A stretch of 64,000 nt of DNA from Clostridia bacterium (GTDB lineage: Bacteria; Bacillota; Clostridia; UBA1381; UMGS1253), in the NCBI GenBank assembly GCA_045578865.1, contig JAZNLB010000013.1, positions 15,106 to 79,105 on the forward strand, in the 5' to 3' direction. The notes beneath the pieces were generated by a model. The model saw only the letters and a list, made by a program, of their open reading frames with translations. It had not been told where the DNA came from and ran no database searches. Of the stretch, positions 18,002-27,045 are shown piece after piece. A program made the translations under genes and the position numbers. Numbering within the stretch: position 1 is the first letter of the stretch; each line of letters begins with the position of its first letter.

Positions 18002-18602
18002 ACCAATTAAAAAAAGTGCAATGGAGGCTGCGGTTGCGGCTTACGATATTGAAAAAGAGTGTATCGAGGGTTTGAAGGAACGCTTTGATGCAGAAGCGTT
18101 TTCCAAGGCGGTAAGCCTTTTGGCAAATGCCGAGCGCATCGGCGCATCCGGCTGCGGTCATTCGGGCATCATTTGTCAGCATTTTGCACATCTGATGTGC
18201 TGCATCGAACGCCCGGCGAAATTCATTTCGCCTGCGGAGGCGGTGCACGGCGGTACGGGTTATCTGCAAAAGGGCGATGTCATGTTGTTTGCTTCGCGCG
18301 GCGGCAAGACGGCGGAGCTTCTGCCGATTATCGACATCTGCAAGCAGAAAGAGGTAAAAATCATTGCGGTGACAGAAAACTTTGAATCGCCGCTTGCCAA
18401 GAGTGCCGATGCCGTACTTTATCAGTATGTCAACCGCGAAACAGATAAATATAACGCACAGGGTACGACATCATCTACTGCACTTTGCATGATTTTCCAT
18501 GCGTTGCAGGCGGCGCTCATTGAGCAGACGGACTACCAAAATGAACAATTTGCAAGAATTCATCCCGGCGGTGCTGTGGGTGAGAGATTAAATAAAAAAT
18601 AA
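17994..18602 (+). CDS. SIS-domain sugar-phosphate isomerase (KdsD/GutQ-like, no CBS domains)
   Basis: GCGHSG, EAVHG, SRGGKTAE, TTSST, FARIHPGGAVG; start overlaps TIM stop. Confidence 0.88.
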   Translation: MCEPIKKSAMEAAVAAYDIEKECIEGLKERFDAEAFSKAVSLLANAERIGASGCGHSGIICQHFAHLMCCIERPAKFISPAEAVHGGTGYLQKGDVMLFASRGGKTAELLPIIDICKQKEVKIIAVTENFESPLAKSADAVLYQYVNRETDKYNAQGTTSSTALCMIFHALQAALIEQTDYQNEQFARIHPGGAVGERLNKK

Positions 18603-18623
18603 TTCAAACAGGAGGAAAAGAAA

Positions 18624-19244
18624 ATGGAATTTAAGTTTTTTCAAAAGGAATTAGAGTTGCAGTCGAGAGGTTGGATTCCGACCTTCCACGATATCTCCAA
18701 GGAGATTATCGAGATTGTAAAGGCTTCGGGCGTTAAGAACGGTACGGTGACGATTGCATCCCACCACACCACTTGCTCCGTAATGGTACAGGAATGTTCC
18801 CACGATATCGACTCTTTCGATTTAGAGTACTTGCAGCATGACCTGCTCGATATCATGAGAAAGATGATTCCGGATTACACCAATGAAGGCGACTACCGTC
18901 ATCCGGGCCCGATTCATTCGCAGTTCGGCAGATATGTAAATGAGCCGGGCGACTTTACAAGCATGAACACAGACGGCCATCTCAGAAGTGTATTCTTCGG
19001 CAGAAGCGAAGTTATGACCATTAAAGACGGTGCACTCGACGGTGGTGAATTTGCACATGTTTACTTCGTAGACTGGGATCATGTTCGCGCGCGTCGCCGT
19101 CAGGTAAATGTTACCGTTATGGGTATCGCAGAAGATGTTGCAGACAGAAAGTGGAACAACGGAGAGGTTATCAATACTCTGCGTAAGTTCACCGACGAAG
19201 AAAAAGCATTCGATGTACACTATACACTCCAGCAGGAAAGATAA
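18624..19244 (+). CDS. YjbQ/UPF0047 family protein, extended
   Basis: SGVKNG, HHTTCSVMVQE, YRH, NTDGHLRSVFFG, FVDWD..RRRQV; strong RBS aggagg. Confidence 0.85.
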   Translation: MEFKFFQKELELQSRGWIPTFHDISKEIIEIVKASGVKNGTVTIASHHTTCSVMVQECSHDIDSFDLEYLQHDLLDIMRKMIPDYTNEGDYRHPGPIHSQFGRYVNEPGDFTSMNTDGHLRSVFFGRSEVMTIKDGALDGGEFAHVYFVDWDHVRARRRQVNVTVMGIAEDVADRKWNNGEVINTLRKFTDEEKAFDVHYTLQQER

Positions 19245-19258
19245 GGAAAAGCAAAATT

Positions 19259-19294
19259 TAGAGGGCGATGATTCCATCGCCCTCTATTATTTTT
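19259..19294 (+). terminator. Terminator of TIM-SIS-YjbQ operon
   Basis: tagagggcgatg-attc-catcgccctcta followed by ttattttt. Confidence 0.8.
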
Positions 19295-19330
19295 GTATCC
19301 GGCAGACTTGCGTAGTTTAGCCGATTACCT

Positions 19331-19385
19331 GCGGACCCCTAAAACGGCTTGGGAGGGATTGCATCCCCCCAAGCCCCCCTGCTGT
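19331..19385 (-). repeat. G-rich REP-like element related to 2088-2190
   Basis: Reverse complement ggggggcttgggggg-atgcaat-ccctcccaagcc-gttttaggggtccgc. Confidence 0.5.
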
Positions 19386-19440
19386 CCTGTGGCAAGATTT
19401 GAAAATGGAAAATGGAAAATTACGGAGGATTTTTGCAATG

Positions 19441-19469
19441 TTGCATATTTTTGTGTTTGGTGATATACT
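19441..19469 (+). promoter_or_regulatory. Sigma-A promoter for uvrC
   Basis: TTGCAT-17-TATACT with extended TG. Confidence 0.6.
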
Positions 19470-19515
19470 GATAATTGGATAGATATATCTGATGTAGGGA
19501 AAGGAGGAAGTGTGC

Positions 19516-21369
19516 GTGTTTGATTTTGATTTGCAACTCAAAAAACTGCCGGAAGAGCCGGGTGTGTATTTGATGCACGATAAAAGCGATTCGGTCATTT
19601 ATGTCGGCAAGGCAAAGAATTTAAAAAACCGTGTGCGCCAGTATTTTATGCAAAGCAAAAATCACTCTGTCAAGGTGCGGGCGATGGTCAGCCATGTGGC
19701 GTGGTTTGAATATATCATCACCGACTCGGAACTGGAAGCCTTGGTGCTCGAATGTAACCTGATAAAAAAACACAAACCGCACTACAACATCCTTTTAAAA
19801 GACGATAAGCATTATCCGTATATCAAGGTAACGATGAACGCACCATATCCGCGCATTACGGCAACGCGCACAATGTTGCCGGACGGAGCGAAGTATTACG
19901 GGCCGTATTCGGGCATGGGCGTGGTGCGCCAGACGCTGGATTTAATTAAAAAAATCTTCCTCATCCCGACTTGTAAAAGAAACTTTCCGCAAGACATTGG
20001 CAAGGGCAGACCGTGCCTGAATTTCCAAATTCACAAATGTTTTGCGCCTTGCAGGGGCGAAGTTTCTCAGGCGGAATACAAGAAAGTTTTTGAGCAGATT
20101 TGTATGTTTTTGGACGGTAAAAGCGATGCGGTTGTGCAAAACTTAGAGGTGCAGATGCACAAAGCGGCAGAGGCGATGGAATTTGAAAAAGCGGCGCAAA
20201 AGCGAGACTGTATTGCGGCAATCCGTGCCGTAAACGAACGGCAGAAAATCATTTCTGATGCACAGACGGACCGCGATGTTGCAGACTTTTTATCCTACGA
20301 TGATAAGGCGTTTTTCGAGATGTTTTTAATCCGCGGCGGTCGCATGACGGGCAGGCAGAGTTTTCGCATTGACGGCGTGAGTGAGATGACCGATGGCGAG
20401 ATTATGACGGAATTTTTAAAACGATATTATACGGAAACGAGTATACTGCCGTGTGAGATTATTTTGGGCTGTGCGCCGGAGGAGGCGGAGATGCTTTCGC
20501 AATATTTGTCCGCTCTGCGTGGCAAAAAGGTGCACCTGACCGTGCCGGTGCGGGGCGAGAAAAAACAGCTTGTAGGTATGCTTTTAAAAAATATTCAAAA
20601 CGCGGTGGATGATTACAAAATCGGAGAACTTAAACGCGCCACTGAGCGAGATGTTCTGGAAAAACTGGCGGAGTATGCCAACTTGAAGGTGTTGCCGAGG
20701 CGCATTGAAAGTTACGATATATCCAACACGGGCGGTACGGGAACGGTTGGCGTAATGGTGGTATTTGAAAACGGCGTGGTGAGCAAGGCGGCAAAGCGAA
20801 ACTTCCGCATCCAGAGCATCGAGGGGCAAAATGACTATGGCGCAATGCAGGAGGTTATCTGTCGCAGAATGCAACGCGCACAAGCCGAACTTTCGGCGAT
20901 TGCGGCGGGCACGCTGGATAAAAAAGATGCAAAATTTTTGCCGCTTCCCGATTTGATGCTCATTGACGGCGGTACGGGCCATGTAAATGCCGTGCGTGAG
21001 GCACTTGTGCCCTTTGCGCCCGACTTTGCTGTTTTGGGTATGCAAAAAGACGACCGCCATCGGTTTTCTGCCCTGATGGACGGGCAGGTCGAAATTGAAT
21101 TACCGAACAATTCGGCGGCGTATCGCTTAATCGGTGCAATTTGTGAGGAAACGCACAATGCGGCTATCGGCTATCACAAAAAGGTGCGTAAGCAAAATGC
21201 TTTTCGCTCCGAACTTTCGGAAATTTCGGGCGTGGGCGCGGTGCGTAGAAAACAACTTATGCGTGCATTTGGTTCGCTCGACGCTGTTTCCAAGGCAAGC
21301 GTAGAAGAACTTTTAAAGGCGGGGCTCGATAAGCGCAGCGCACAAAATGTATATGACTATTATCACTAG
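19516..21369 (+). CDS. uvrC: Excinuclease ABC subunit C
   Basis: GIY-YIG (PGVYLM..IYVGKAKNLKNRV), Cys cluster, UVR domain, YDISN, LIDGG, C-terminal HhH. Confidence 0.96.
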   Translation: MFDFDLQLKKLPEEPGVYLMHDKSDSVIYVGKAKNLKNRVRQYFMQSKNHSVKVRAMVSHVAWFEYIITDSELEALVLECNLIKKHKPHYNILLKDDKHYPYIKVTMNAPYPRITATRTMLPDGAKYYGPYSGMGVVRQTLDLIKKIFLIPTCKRNFPQDIGKGRPCLNFQIHKCFAPCRGEVSQAEYKKVFEQICMFLDGKSDAVVQNLEVQMHKAAEAMEFEKAAQKRDCIAAIRAVNERQKIISDAQTDRDVADFLSYDDKAFFEMFLIRGGRMTGRQSFRIDGVSEMTDGEIMTEFLKRYYTETSILPCEIILGCAPEEAEMLSQYLSALRGKKVHLTVPVRGEKKQLVGMLLKNIQNAVDDYKIGELKRATERDVLEKLAEYANLKVLPRRIESYDISNTGGTGTVGVMVVFENGVVSKAAKRNFRIQSIEGQNDYGAMQEVICRRMQRAQAELSAIAAGTLDKKDAKFLPLPDLMLIDGGTGHVNAVREALVPFAPDFAVLGMQKDDRHRFSALMDGQVEIELPNNSAAYRLIGAICEETHNAAIGYHKKVRKQNAFRSELSEISGVGAVRRKQLMRAFGSLDAVSKASVEELLKAGLDKRSAQNVYDYYH

Positions 21370-21378
21370 GAGTTATTT

Positions 21379-22179
21379 ATGCAAACAGGATTTGAAAGAC
21401 ACACCAAAGGCGAACTGGTGTATTATACCATCCCGTCCTTTACCGAGACAGGGCTGGTACGCCACGGATTTTCCACGCGGCTCGGCGGCGTGAGCAGTGG
21501 CGAGACGGCGACTTTGAATTTGGGATTTCACCGTAAGGATACGAAGGAAAATGTCTATGCAAATTATGGTATTTTTTGTGATGCGCTCGGCATAGAGCGT
21601 GATAAACTGGTACTCTCCCGGCAGGAGCATCATGACGGTATCCGCCGCATTACCGAGGCGGATTGCGGTAAAGGTATGGTGCGCGAAAGTGATATTACGG
21701 ACACGGATGCGTTTATTTGCAACACGCCGGGCGTGCCTGCGGTGGTGTTTTGCGCCGACTGCGTGCCGGTGTTTCTGCTCGATACGAAGAAAAAGGCATT
21801 CGGGCTTGTCCATTCGGGTTGGCGCTCGACCGTGCTTTCCATCGCATCGAAAACGGTACTTAAAATGCAGGAAACCTTCGGCAGCGACAGCGCGGATATT
21901 ATAGCCGCCATCGGTCCGTCTATCGGGCAGTGCCACTTTGAAGTGGACGGCGATGTTGCCGTGCAGTTTGAGAAAAAATATCAAAAGCAGGTCGGCGCAA
22001 AGGTGCATATTGACCTGTGGCGTAGGATTGCAGACCAACTTGTGTCGGTTGGTGTGCACAGGGAGGCGATTACGCTTGCGGGGATTTGCACTTACTGTCA
22101 CAGCGATGAATTTTTCTCCAATCGCGCACATCATGGCAAAATCGGCTTGATGGGCGCTATGATGGAGTTAATAGATTAG
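21379..22179 (+). CDS. pgeF: Peptidoglycan editing factor PgeF / YfiH family
   Basis: HGFSTRLGGVS, QEH, ADCVP, HSGWR, IGPSI, CTYC..FFS. Confidence 0.92.
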   Translation: MQTGFERHTKGELVYYTIPSFTETGLVRHGFSTRLGGVSSGETATLNLGFHRKDTKENVYANYGIFCDALGIERDKLVLSRQEHHDGIRRITEADCGKGMVRESDITDTDAFICNTPGVPAVVFCADCVPVFLLDTKKKAFGLVHSGWRSTVLSIASKTVLKMQETFGSDSADIIAAIGPSIGQCHFEVDGDVAVQFEKKYQKQVGAKVHIDLWRRIADQLVSVGVHREAITLAGICTYCHSDEFFSNRAHHGKIGLMGAMMELID

Positions 22180-22201
22180 AAAAAAGAAAATGGTGTTGAT
22201 T

Positions 22202-23758
22202 ATGAAAAGAATGTGGGTGTGTGTTTGTGCGGTGCTTTTGTGCGTAAGCCTGTTTTGCGGTTGCGGCTGTGCACCGGACAAACCGGAGGACACAACAGAA
22301 TATAAAGAGGGCGGTTCGGGCGTGATCAGTCTACCGCTGACGCATTTTGATACATTTAATCCGGTGTTGAGTCAGTCCGATACGGTCGCTGATGCGATGT
22401 CTTTGGTGTATGACAGCTTGTATGTGCCTACCGCAGACGGCGGCGCAGAGCCGCGCCTTGCACTAAAAACGCAGATTTCGCCGGACGGGCTTGTGTATAC
22501 AGTGCATCTGCGGGATGATGTATATTGGCACGACGGAAAGCAGTTTTCCGCCTATGATGTTTCCTACACTTTATCTGCCATAAAACAGGCGGAGACATCG
22601 AAACTGAAAAAGTATCTTTACGGCATTGCCTCGTATGAGGCGCTGAGCAATTTTGTACTGCAAATTACGCTGACAGAGCCGGACAGTTGTTTTATTTCGC
22701 ATCTGGATTTTCCGGTGGTTGCGCGCGGTACGGACTGCACGACTGTGCAGGCGGACTACATTCCGATTGGTACGGCGGCGTACCGCTACACGCCCTCCAA
22801 GCCGGGGCGCATACATCTTTTGACAAAATATGATGCGTGCGTCACACGAAAATCCGGTGCGGTGGAGCAGGTGGTTTTAAAGGAAATTCCGAGTGCGGAC
22901 AATGTGATGTATGCCCTTGAAAGCCGTGAAATTGAAGCGGTGCATGTAGACAGCAAGCAACTGTGCACATACAGTCCGAAAGGAAATGTAACCACGATGG
23001 CTTACACCAACCGCACATTTTCGTTTCTGGGTATCCATGCACAGGGTGCGCTGGAAGATAAACGAGTGCGGAGTGCGGTTTCGCTTTTGCTCGACCGAGA
23101 AAGCATAAAAAACAATGCGCTCTTTGGGCGTTTTGTGCCGTCGATATTGCCGTTTGTCCCCGGCAGCGTATACAATCCGGACAACGAAGCGGCGGCGCAA
23201 GCGGCGCAGGCGGCGGAGCTTTTGCAGGAGGCGGGCTATGAAAAAAGTACTTCCGGCAGATGGCAAAAGGAAACCGAGGACGGCGCAAAAGAACTTTATA
23301 TACCTATTTTGGTAAATGCAGACAATGAGATGCGCGTGCGTGCAGCGCAGGAGATTGCAAGGCAACTATCTGCGTTCGGCATCGGCACTTATGTCGACCA
23401 AACGGATTATGAAACCTACGCATTGCGCGTAGAAACATTGGAATACAGTATGTTTTTGGGCGAAACGGTGCTGGGTGATGCGCTGGATGTGGGCGTGTTT
23501 TTAGGCACAATGGCGCGGTTTGCTTCTCCGGGCGATGCTCGTATGGACGCGCTTTTACGGCAGGCACAGACGGCGGTGTCGCAATCGCAGAAAGACACGG
23601 CATTTTTTGCGCTGGTGGATTCGATTTCGGACGAGGTGCCGATTATATCGCTCGGCTTCGGGCAAAATGCCGTGATTGTAAACGACAGAATTGCAGGAGA
23701 AATCACACCGATTTACGGCGATATCTTTCACGCATTTGAGGCGTGGAATGCCAAGTGA
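22202..23758 (+). CDS. Family 5 (peptide/nickel) ABC transporter substrate-binding lipoprotein, orphan
   Basis: Signal peptide with Cys, FNPVL, VYDSL, LRDDVYWHDG..DV, PIGT. Confidence 0.8.
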   Translation: MKRMWVCVCAVLLCVSLFCGCGCAPDKPEDTTEYKEGGSGVISLPLTHFDTFNPVLSQSDTVADAMSLVYDSLYVPTADGGAEPRLALKTQISPDGLVYTVHLRDDVYWHDGKQFSAYDVSYTLSAIKQAETSKLKKYLYGIASYEALSNFVLQITLTEPDSCFISHLDFPVVARGTDCTTVQADYIPIGTAAYRYTPSKPGRIHLLTKYDACVTRKSGAVEQVVLKEIPSADNVMYALESREIEAVHVDSKQLCTYSPKGNVTTMAYTNRTFSFLGIHAQGALEDKRVRSAVSLLLDRESIKNNALFGRFVPSILPFVPGSVYNPDNEAAAQAAQAAELLQEAGYEKSTSGRWQKETEDGAKELYIPILVNADNEMRVRAAQEIARQLSAFGIGTYVDQTDYETYALRVETLEYSMFLGETVLGDALDVGVFLGTMARFASPGDARMDALLRQAQTAVSQSQKDTAFFALVDSISDEVPIISLGFGQNAVIVNDRIAGEITPIYGDIFHAFEAWNAK

Positions 23759-23764
23759 GAATGC

Positions 23765-23794
23765 TTGACTTTTCTATATAAAATGTGGTATACT
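23765..23794 (+). promoter_or_regulatory. Sigma-A promoter of yloC operon
   Basis: TTGACT-18-TATACT with extended TG. Confidence 0.65.
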
Positions 23795-23854
23795 GATTTA
23801 TCTGAAACTATGTAAATAAAATAAGCCTGAGGCTTAGAGCAGGAGATAAAAAAT

Positions 23855-24733
23855 ATGATTAAAAGTATGACCGGCTACGGCCGTTTTGAAGGCGTGGTCG
23901 AGGACAAGAAGATTTTGGTGGAAATCAAGTCCGTAAATCACCGTTATGCCGACTACAACATCAAGGTGCCGCGCTATTTCGGCTACCTGGAAGACAAGGT
24001 GCGTGTGTATGCATCCAAGTTTATCAACCGCGGCAAGGTGGACATCTATGTGGCGATGGAAAATTACGGCGAGGCGGATAAGAGAGTCACGCTGGATGCA
24101 GCGCTTGCGGAAAATTATCTTAGCGTTTTGCGGCAGTTGCGAGATACATTTGACTTGCGCGATGACATCAGTGTTGGTTCCGTAGCGCGTTTTTCCGATA
24201 TTTTTCTTACAGAGCGTAAGGAGGAGGATGCAGAGCACATCTGGTCTCTGGTGGAATTTGCACTTTCTCAGGCGATGAACGACTTTATGGAGATGCGTAA
24301 GCGCGAGGGGGAGAGAATGCTTGCAGACTTGCGTGCGCGCAGTGCGTTCATGCTCGAGCGCGTTGCAGAAATTGAGGCGCGTTCGCCGCAATGTGTGGAG
24401 GAATATCGTGCAAAATTGCGTGCGAAACTCACGGAGGTTTTAGAGTCTGCCAATATTGATGAGGCACGCATTTTAACCGAGGCGGCGATTTTTGCCGACA
24501 AGATTGCGGTAGACGAGGAAACAGTGCGTTTGCGAAGCCACTTTGATGAAATGGAAACCATTTTGACCTGCGGCGAGCCGGCAGGCAGAAAACTCGATTT
24601 TCTCATTCAGGAAATCAACCGCGAAATTAACACGACGGGTTCTAAGGCAAATGACATTACAATCGCCAAAATTGTGGTCGATTTGAAAGCGGAACTGGAG
24701 AAACTGCGTGAGCAGGTACAAAATATCGAGTAG
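23855..24733 (+). CDS. yloC: YicC/YloC family endoribonuclease
   Basis: [45 protein letters not shown]. Confidence 0.95.
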   Translation: MIKSMTGYGRFEGVVEDKKILVEIKSVNHRYADYNIKVPRYFGYLEDKVRVYASKFINRGKVDIYVAMENYGEADKRVTLDAALAENYLSVLRQLRDTFDLRDDISVGSVARFSDIFLTERKEEDAEHIWSLVEFALSQAMNDFMEMRKREGERMLADLRARSAFMLERVAEIEARSPQCVEEYRAKLRAKLTEVLESANIDEARILTEAAIFADKIAVDEETVRLRSHFDEMETILTCGEPAGRKLDFLIQEINREINTTGSKANDITIAKIVVDLKAELEKLREQVQNIE

Positions 24734-24743
24734 GAGAAGCGTT

Positions 24744-25013
24744 ATGAAACTAATCAATATTGGTTTTGGTAATATTGTGGCGGTCAACCGTCTGGTGGCG
24801 ATTGTCAGCCCCGGCTCTGCGCCCGTCAAGCGTATGGTGCAGGAGGCGAGAGAGCAGGGGATGCTCGTCGATGCCGCTTACGGCAGAAGAACGCGCGCCG
24901 TTTTGGTGATGGACAGCGGACATGTTGTACTTTCCGCACTTTTGCCGGAAACGGTGGCAAATCGTATGGATACGGGCATGCCGCAGGGGCAGGAGGATGA
25001 AGATGAAGCATAA
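24744..25013 (+). CDS. remA: RemA / DUF370 regulatory protein
   Basis: [31 protein letters not shown]. Confidence 0.93.
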   Translation: MKLINIGFGNIVAVNRLVAIVSPGSAPVKRMVQEAREQGMLVDAAYGRRTRAVLVMDSGHVVLSALLPETVANRMDTGMPQGQEDEDEA

Positions 25014-25614
25014 AAAGGGCATTTTAATGGTCATCTCCGGTCCGTCAGGTGCGGGGAAAGGGACTGTCTGCAAGGCACTTTTGCAAAAGCGTGATGATGT
25101 GGTTTTATCCGTGTCGGCAACTTCCCGCAATCCCAGACCGGGCGAAGTTGACGGCGTGCACTACTTCTTTTTAAGCGAGCAGGCTTTCCGTGAAAAGATT
25201 GATGCAGGACAGATGCTTGAACACGCCGTATTTTGCGGCAATTACTACGGTACGCCGAAAGCGTATGTGGACGAGATGCTCGCCGCAGGCAAGAATGTGA
25301 TTTTGGAAATTGAAGTCCAGGGTGCCATGCATGTGCGCTCGAAGTATCCCGAAGGCGTGTATATTTTTATTTTGCCGCCGTCGATGCAGGAGCTGGAAAA
25401 CCGCCTGGTCGGCAGAGGGACGGAAAAAGAGGCTGTGGTCAGAGAGCGCCTTGAAAGAGCGAAGCGCGAATTGGATTACATAAACAAGTACAACTATGTG
25501 GTTGTCAATGAAGATGTAGATAAAGCGGCAGACGAAATCTGCGCCGTAATCGATGCGGAGCGTTGCCGTTTGGAAAGAAATATTGAATTTATTGAAGAGG
25601 TGTTTGTAAAATGA
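25003..25614 (+). CDS. gmk: Guanylate kinase
   Basis: [35 protein letters not shown]. Confidence 0.96.
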   Translation: MKHKKGILMVISGPSGAGKGTVCKALLQKRDDVVLSVSATSRNPRPGEVDGVHYFFLSEQAFREKIDAGQMLEHAVFCGNYYGTPKAYVDEMLAAGKNVILEIEVQGAMHVRSKYPEGVYIFILPPSMQELENRLVGRGTEKEAVVRERLERAKRELDYINKYNYVVVNEDVDKAADEICAVIDAERCRLERNIEFIEEVFVK

Positions 25615-25823
25615 TTTATCCGGCAATTTCAAAACTCGTAGACAAGACAGGTACAAGATACTCGCTGGCCATTTTGACCGCGCGTCGTGCACGCCAACTC
25701 GGCATGCAGAAGGAAGGCGCCTTTGCGGGCAAGTATGATGAGGCGATTTTGGAGGCAATCAGTGAGATTGAATCCGGCACGGTAAAGGCTGTGCCGAGCC
25801 TGAGTGCTGTGCTCAACGACTAA
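25611..25823 (+). CDS. rpoZ: RNA polymerase omega subunit
   Basis: MIYP..L, RYSL..TARRARQL, AISEI; gmk-rpoZ-coaBC synteny. Confidence 0.9.
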   Translation: MIYPAISKLVDKTGTRYSLAILTARRARQLGMQKEGAFAGKYDEAILEAISEIESGTVKAVPSLSAVLND

Positions 25824-25845
25824 TTTTCCGAAGGAAGGGAAATTT

Positions 25846-27042
25846 ATGTTAAAAGGCAAATGTGTGGTTATCGGTGTGTGCGGCGGTATTGCCGCCTATA
25901 AGGTTGTTGAAGTTGTCAGCCGATTGAAAAAACTCGGTGCCGAGGTGCATGTTATTATGACCGAAAGTGCCCTGCGCTTTGTCGGCGAACTTACATTTCG
26001 CACGATGTCGCAAAATCCGGTGGCGGCAGATATGTTTGGTGCGCCGGACCGCTGGGAAGTAGAGCATGTTTCGCTTGCACAGAAGGCGGATTTGTTTTTG
26101 GTCGCACCTGCAACGGCAAACACCATTGCAAAAATGGCTTGCGGTATTGCAGACAATATGCTGACGACGACCTATTTTGCAACACGCGCACCGGTGCTCA
26201 TTGCGCCTGCAATGAATAAGAATATGTATACCCACCCCGTAACGGTGGAGAATATGAAAAAGCTCTCGGATGGCGGCTGCAATTTTGTCAATGCCGGTGA
26301 GGGCTTTTTGGCATGTGGCGATACGGGTGTCGGCCGTATGGCTGAGCCGGCTCAAATCGTTGAAGCGGTACTCGATGCGATTGCACATAAAAAGGATTTG
26401 GCAGGCAAGCGTGTGCTGGTAACGGCAGGTGCAACCGCCGAAGCGATTGACCCGGTGCGCTTTATCACCAATCATTCTTCGGGTAAAATGGGCATAAGCC
26501 TTGCCCGTGCGGCAAAGCAGCGCGGCGCACAGGTGATTTTGGTGCGCGGTTTGTGTTCTGTGCCGGAGGTGGAGGGCGTAGAAACGGTGCATGTACGCAG
26601 CGCACAGGAGATGTGCGATGCTGTGCTCCAATATGCGACAGATTGCGACATAATCATTAAAGCGGCGGCAGTAGCAGATTATACACCGATGACGACTGCG
26701 GAGCACAAGATGAAAAAATCCGATGCAAATTTAGCTTTGGAGCTGAAACGCACAACGGATATTTTAGCTGTCCTTGGCAAGCAAAAGCGGGAAGGGCAGA
26801 CGCTGGTCGGTTTTTGCATGGAGACGCAGGATTTGCTTAAAAACGCACAAAAGAAACTGGAAAGTAAAAATTGCGATATGATTGTGGCAAACAGTTTGAC
26901 CGAGCCGGGTGCCGGCTTTGGTACGGACACAAATACCATAACGATTATAAAGCGAAGCGGCGAAAAAATTACGCCGGAGAATATGACAAAGGATGCGCTG
27001 GCACACATCATTCTCGATGCGGCGCTCGAAAAGGTAGAATAA
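25846..27042 (+). CDS. coaBC: Bifunctional phosphopantothenoylcysteine decarboxylase/ligase
   Basis: GGIAAYK, APATAN, PAMN, LACGD.G.GR, IDPVRFITNHSSGKMG, AAVAD. Confidence 0.96.
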   Translation: MLKGKCVVIGVCGGIAAYKVVEVVSRLKKLGAEVHVIMTESALRFVGELTFRTMSQNPVAADMFGAPDRWEVEHVSLAQKADLFLVAPATANTIAKMACGIADNMLTTTYFATRAPVLIAPAMNKNMYTHPVTVENMKKLSDGGCNFVNAGEGFLACGDTGVGRMAEPAQIVEAVLDAIAHKKDLAGKRVLVTAGATAEAIDPVRFITNHSSGKMGISLARAAKQRGAQVILVRGLCSVPEVEGVETVHVRSAQEMCDAVLQYATDCDIIIKAAAVADYTPMTTAEHKMKKSDANLALELKRTTDILAVLGKQKREGQTLVGFCMETQDLLKNAQKKLESKNCDMIVANSLTEPGAGFGTDTNTITIIKRSGEKITPENMTKDALAHIILDAALEKVE

Positions 27043-27045
27043 AAA

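Noticed and set aside
19259-19290. Fluoride riboswitch (GGCGATG...CGCC)
   Set aside because: It forms a perfect 12-bp stem with a U-tract after a stop codon, i.e. a terminator; the pseudoknot elements are absent.
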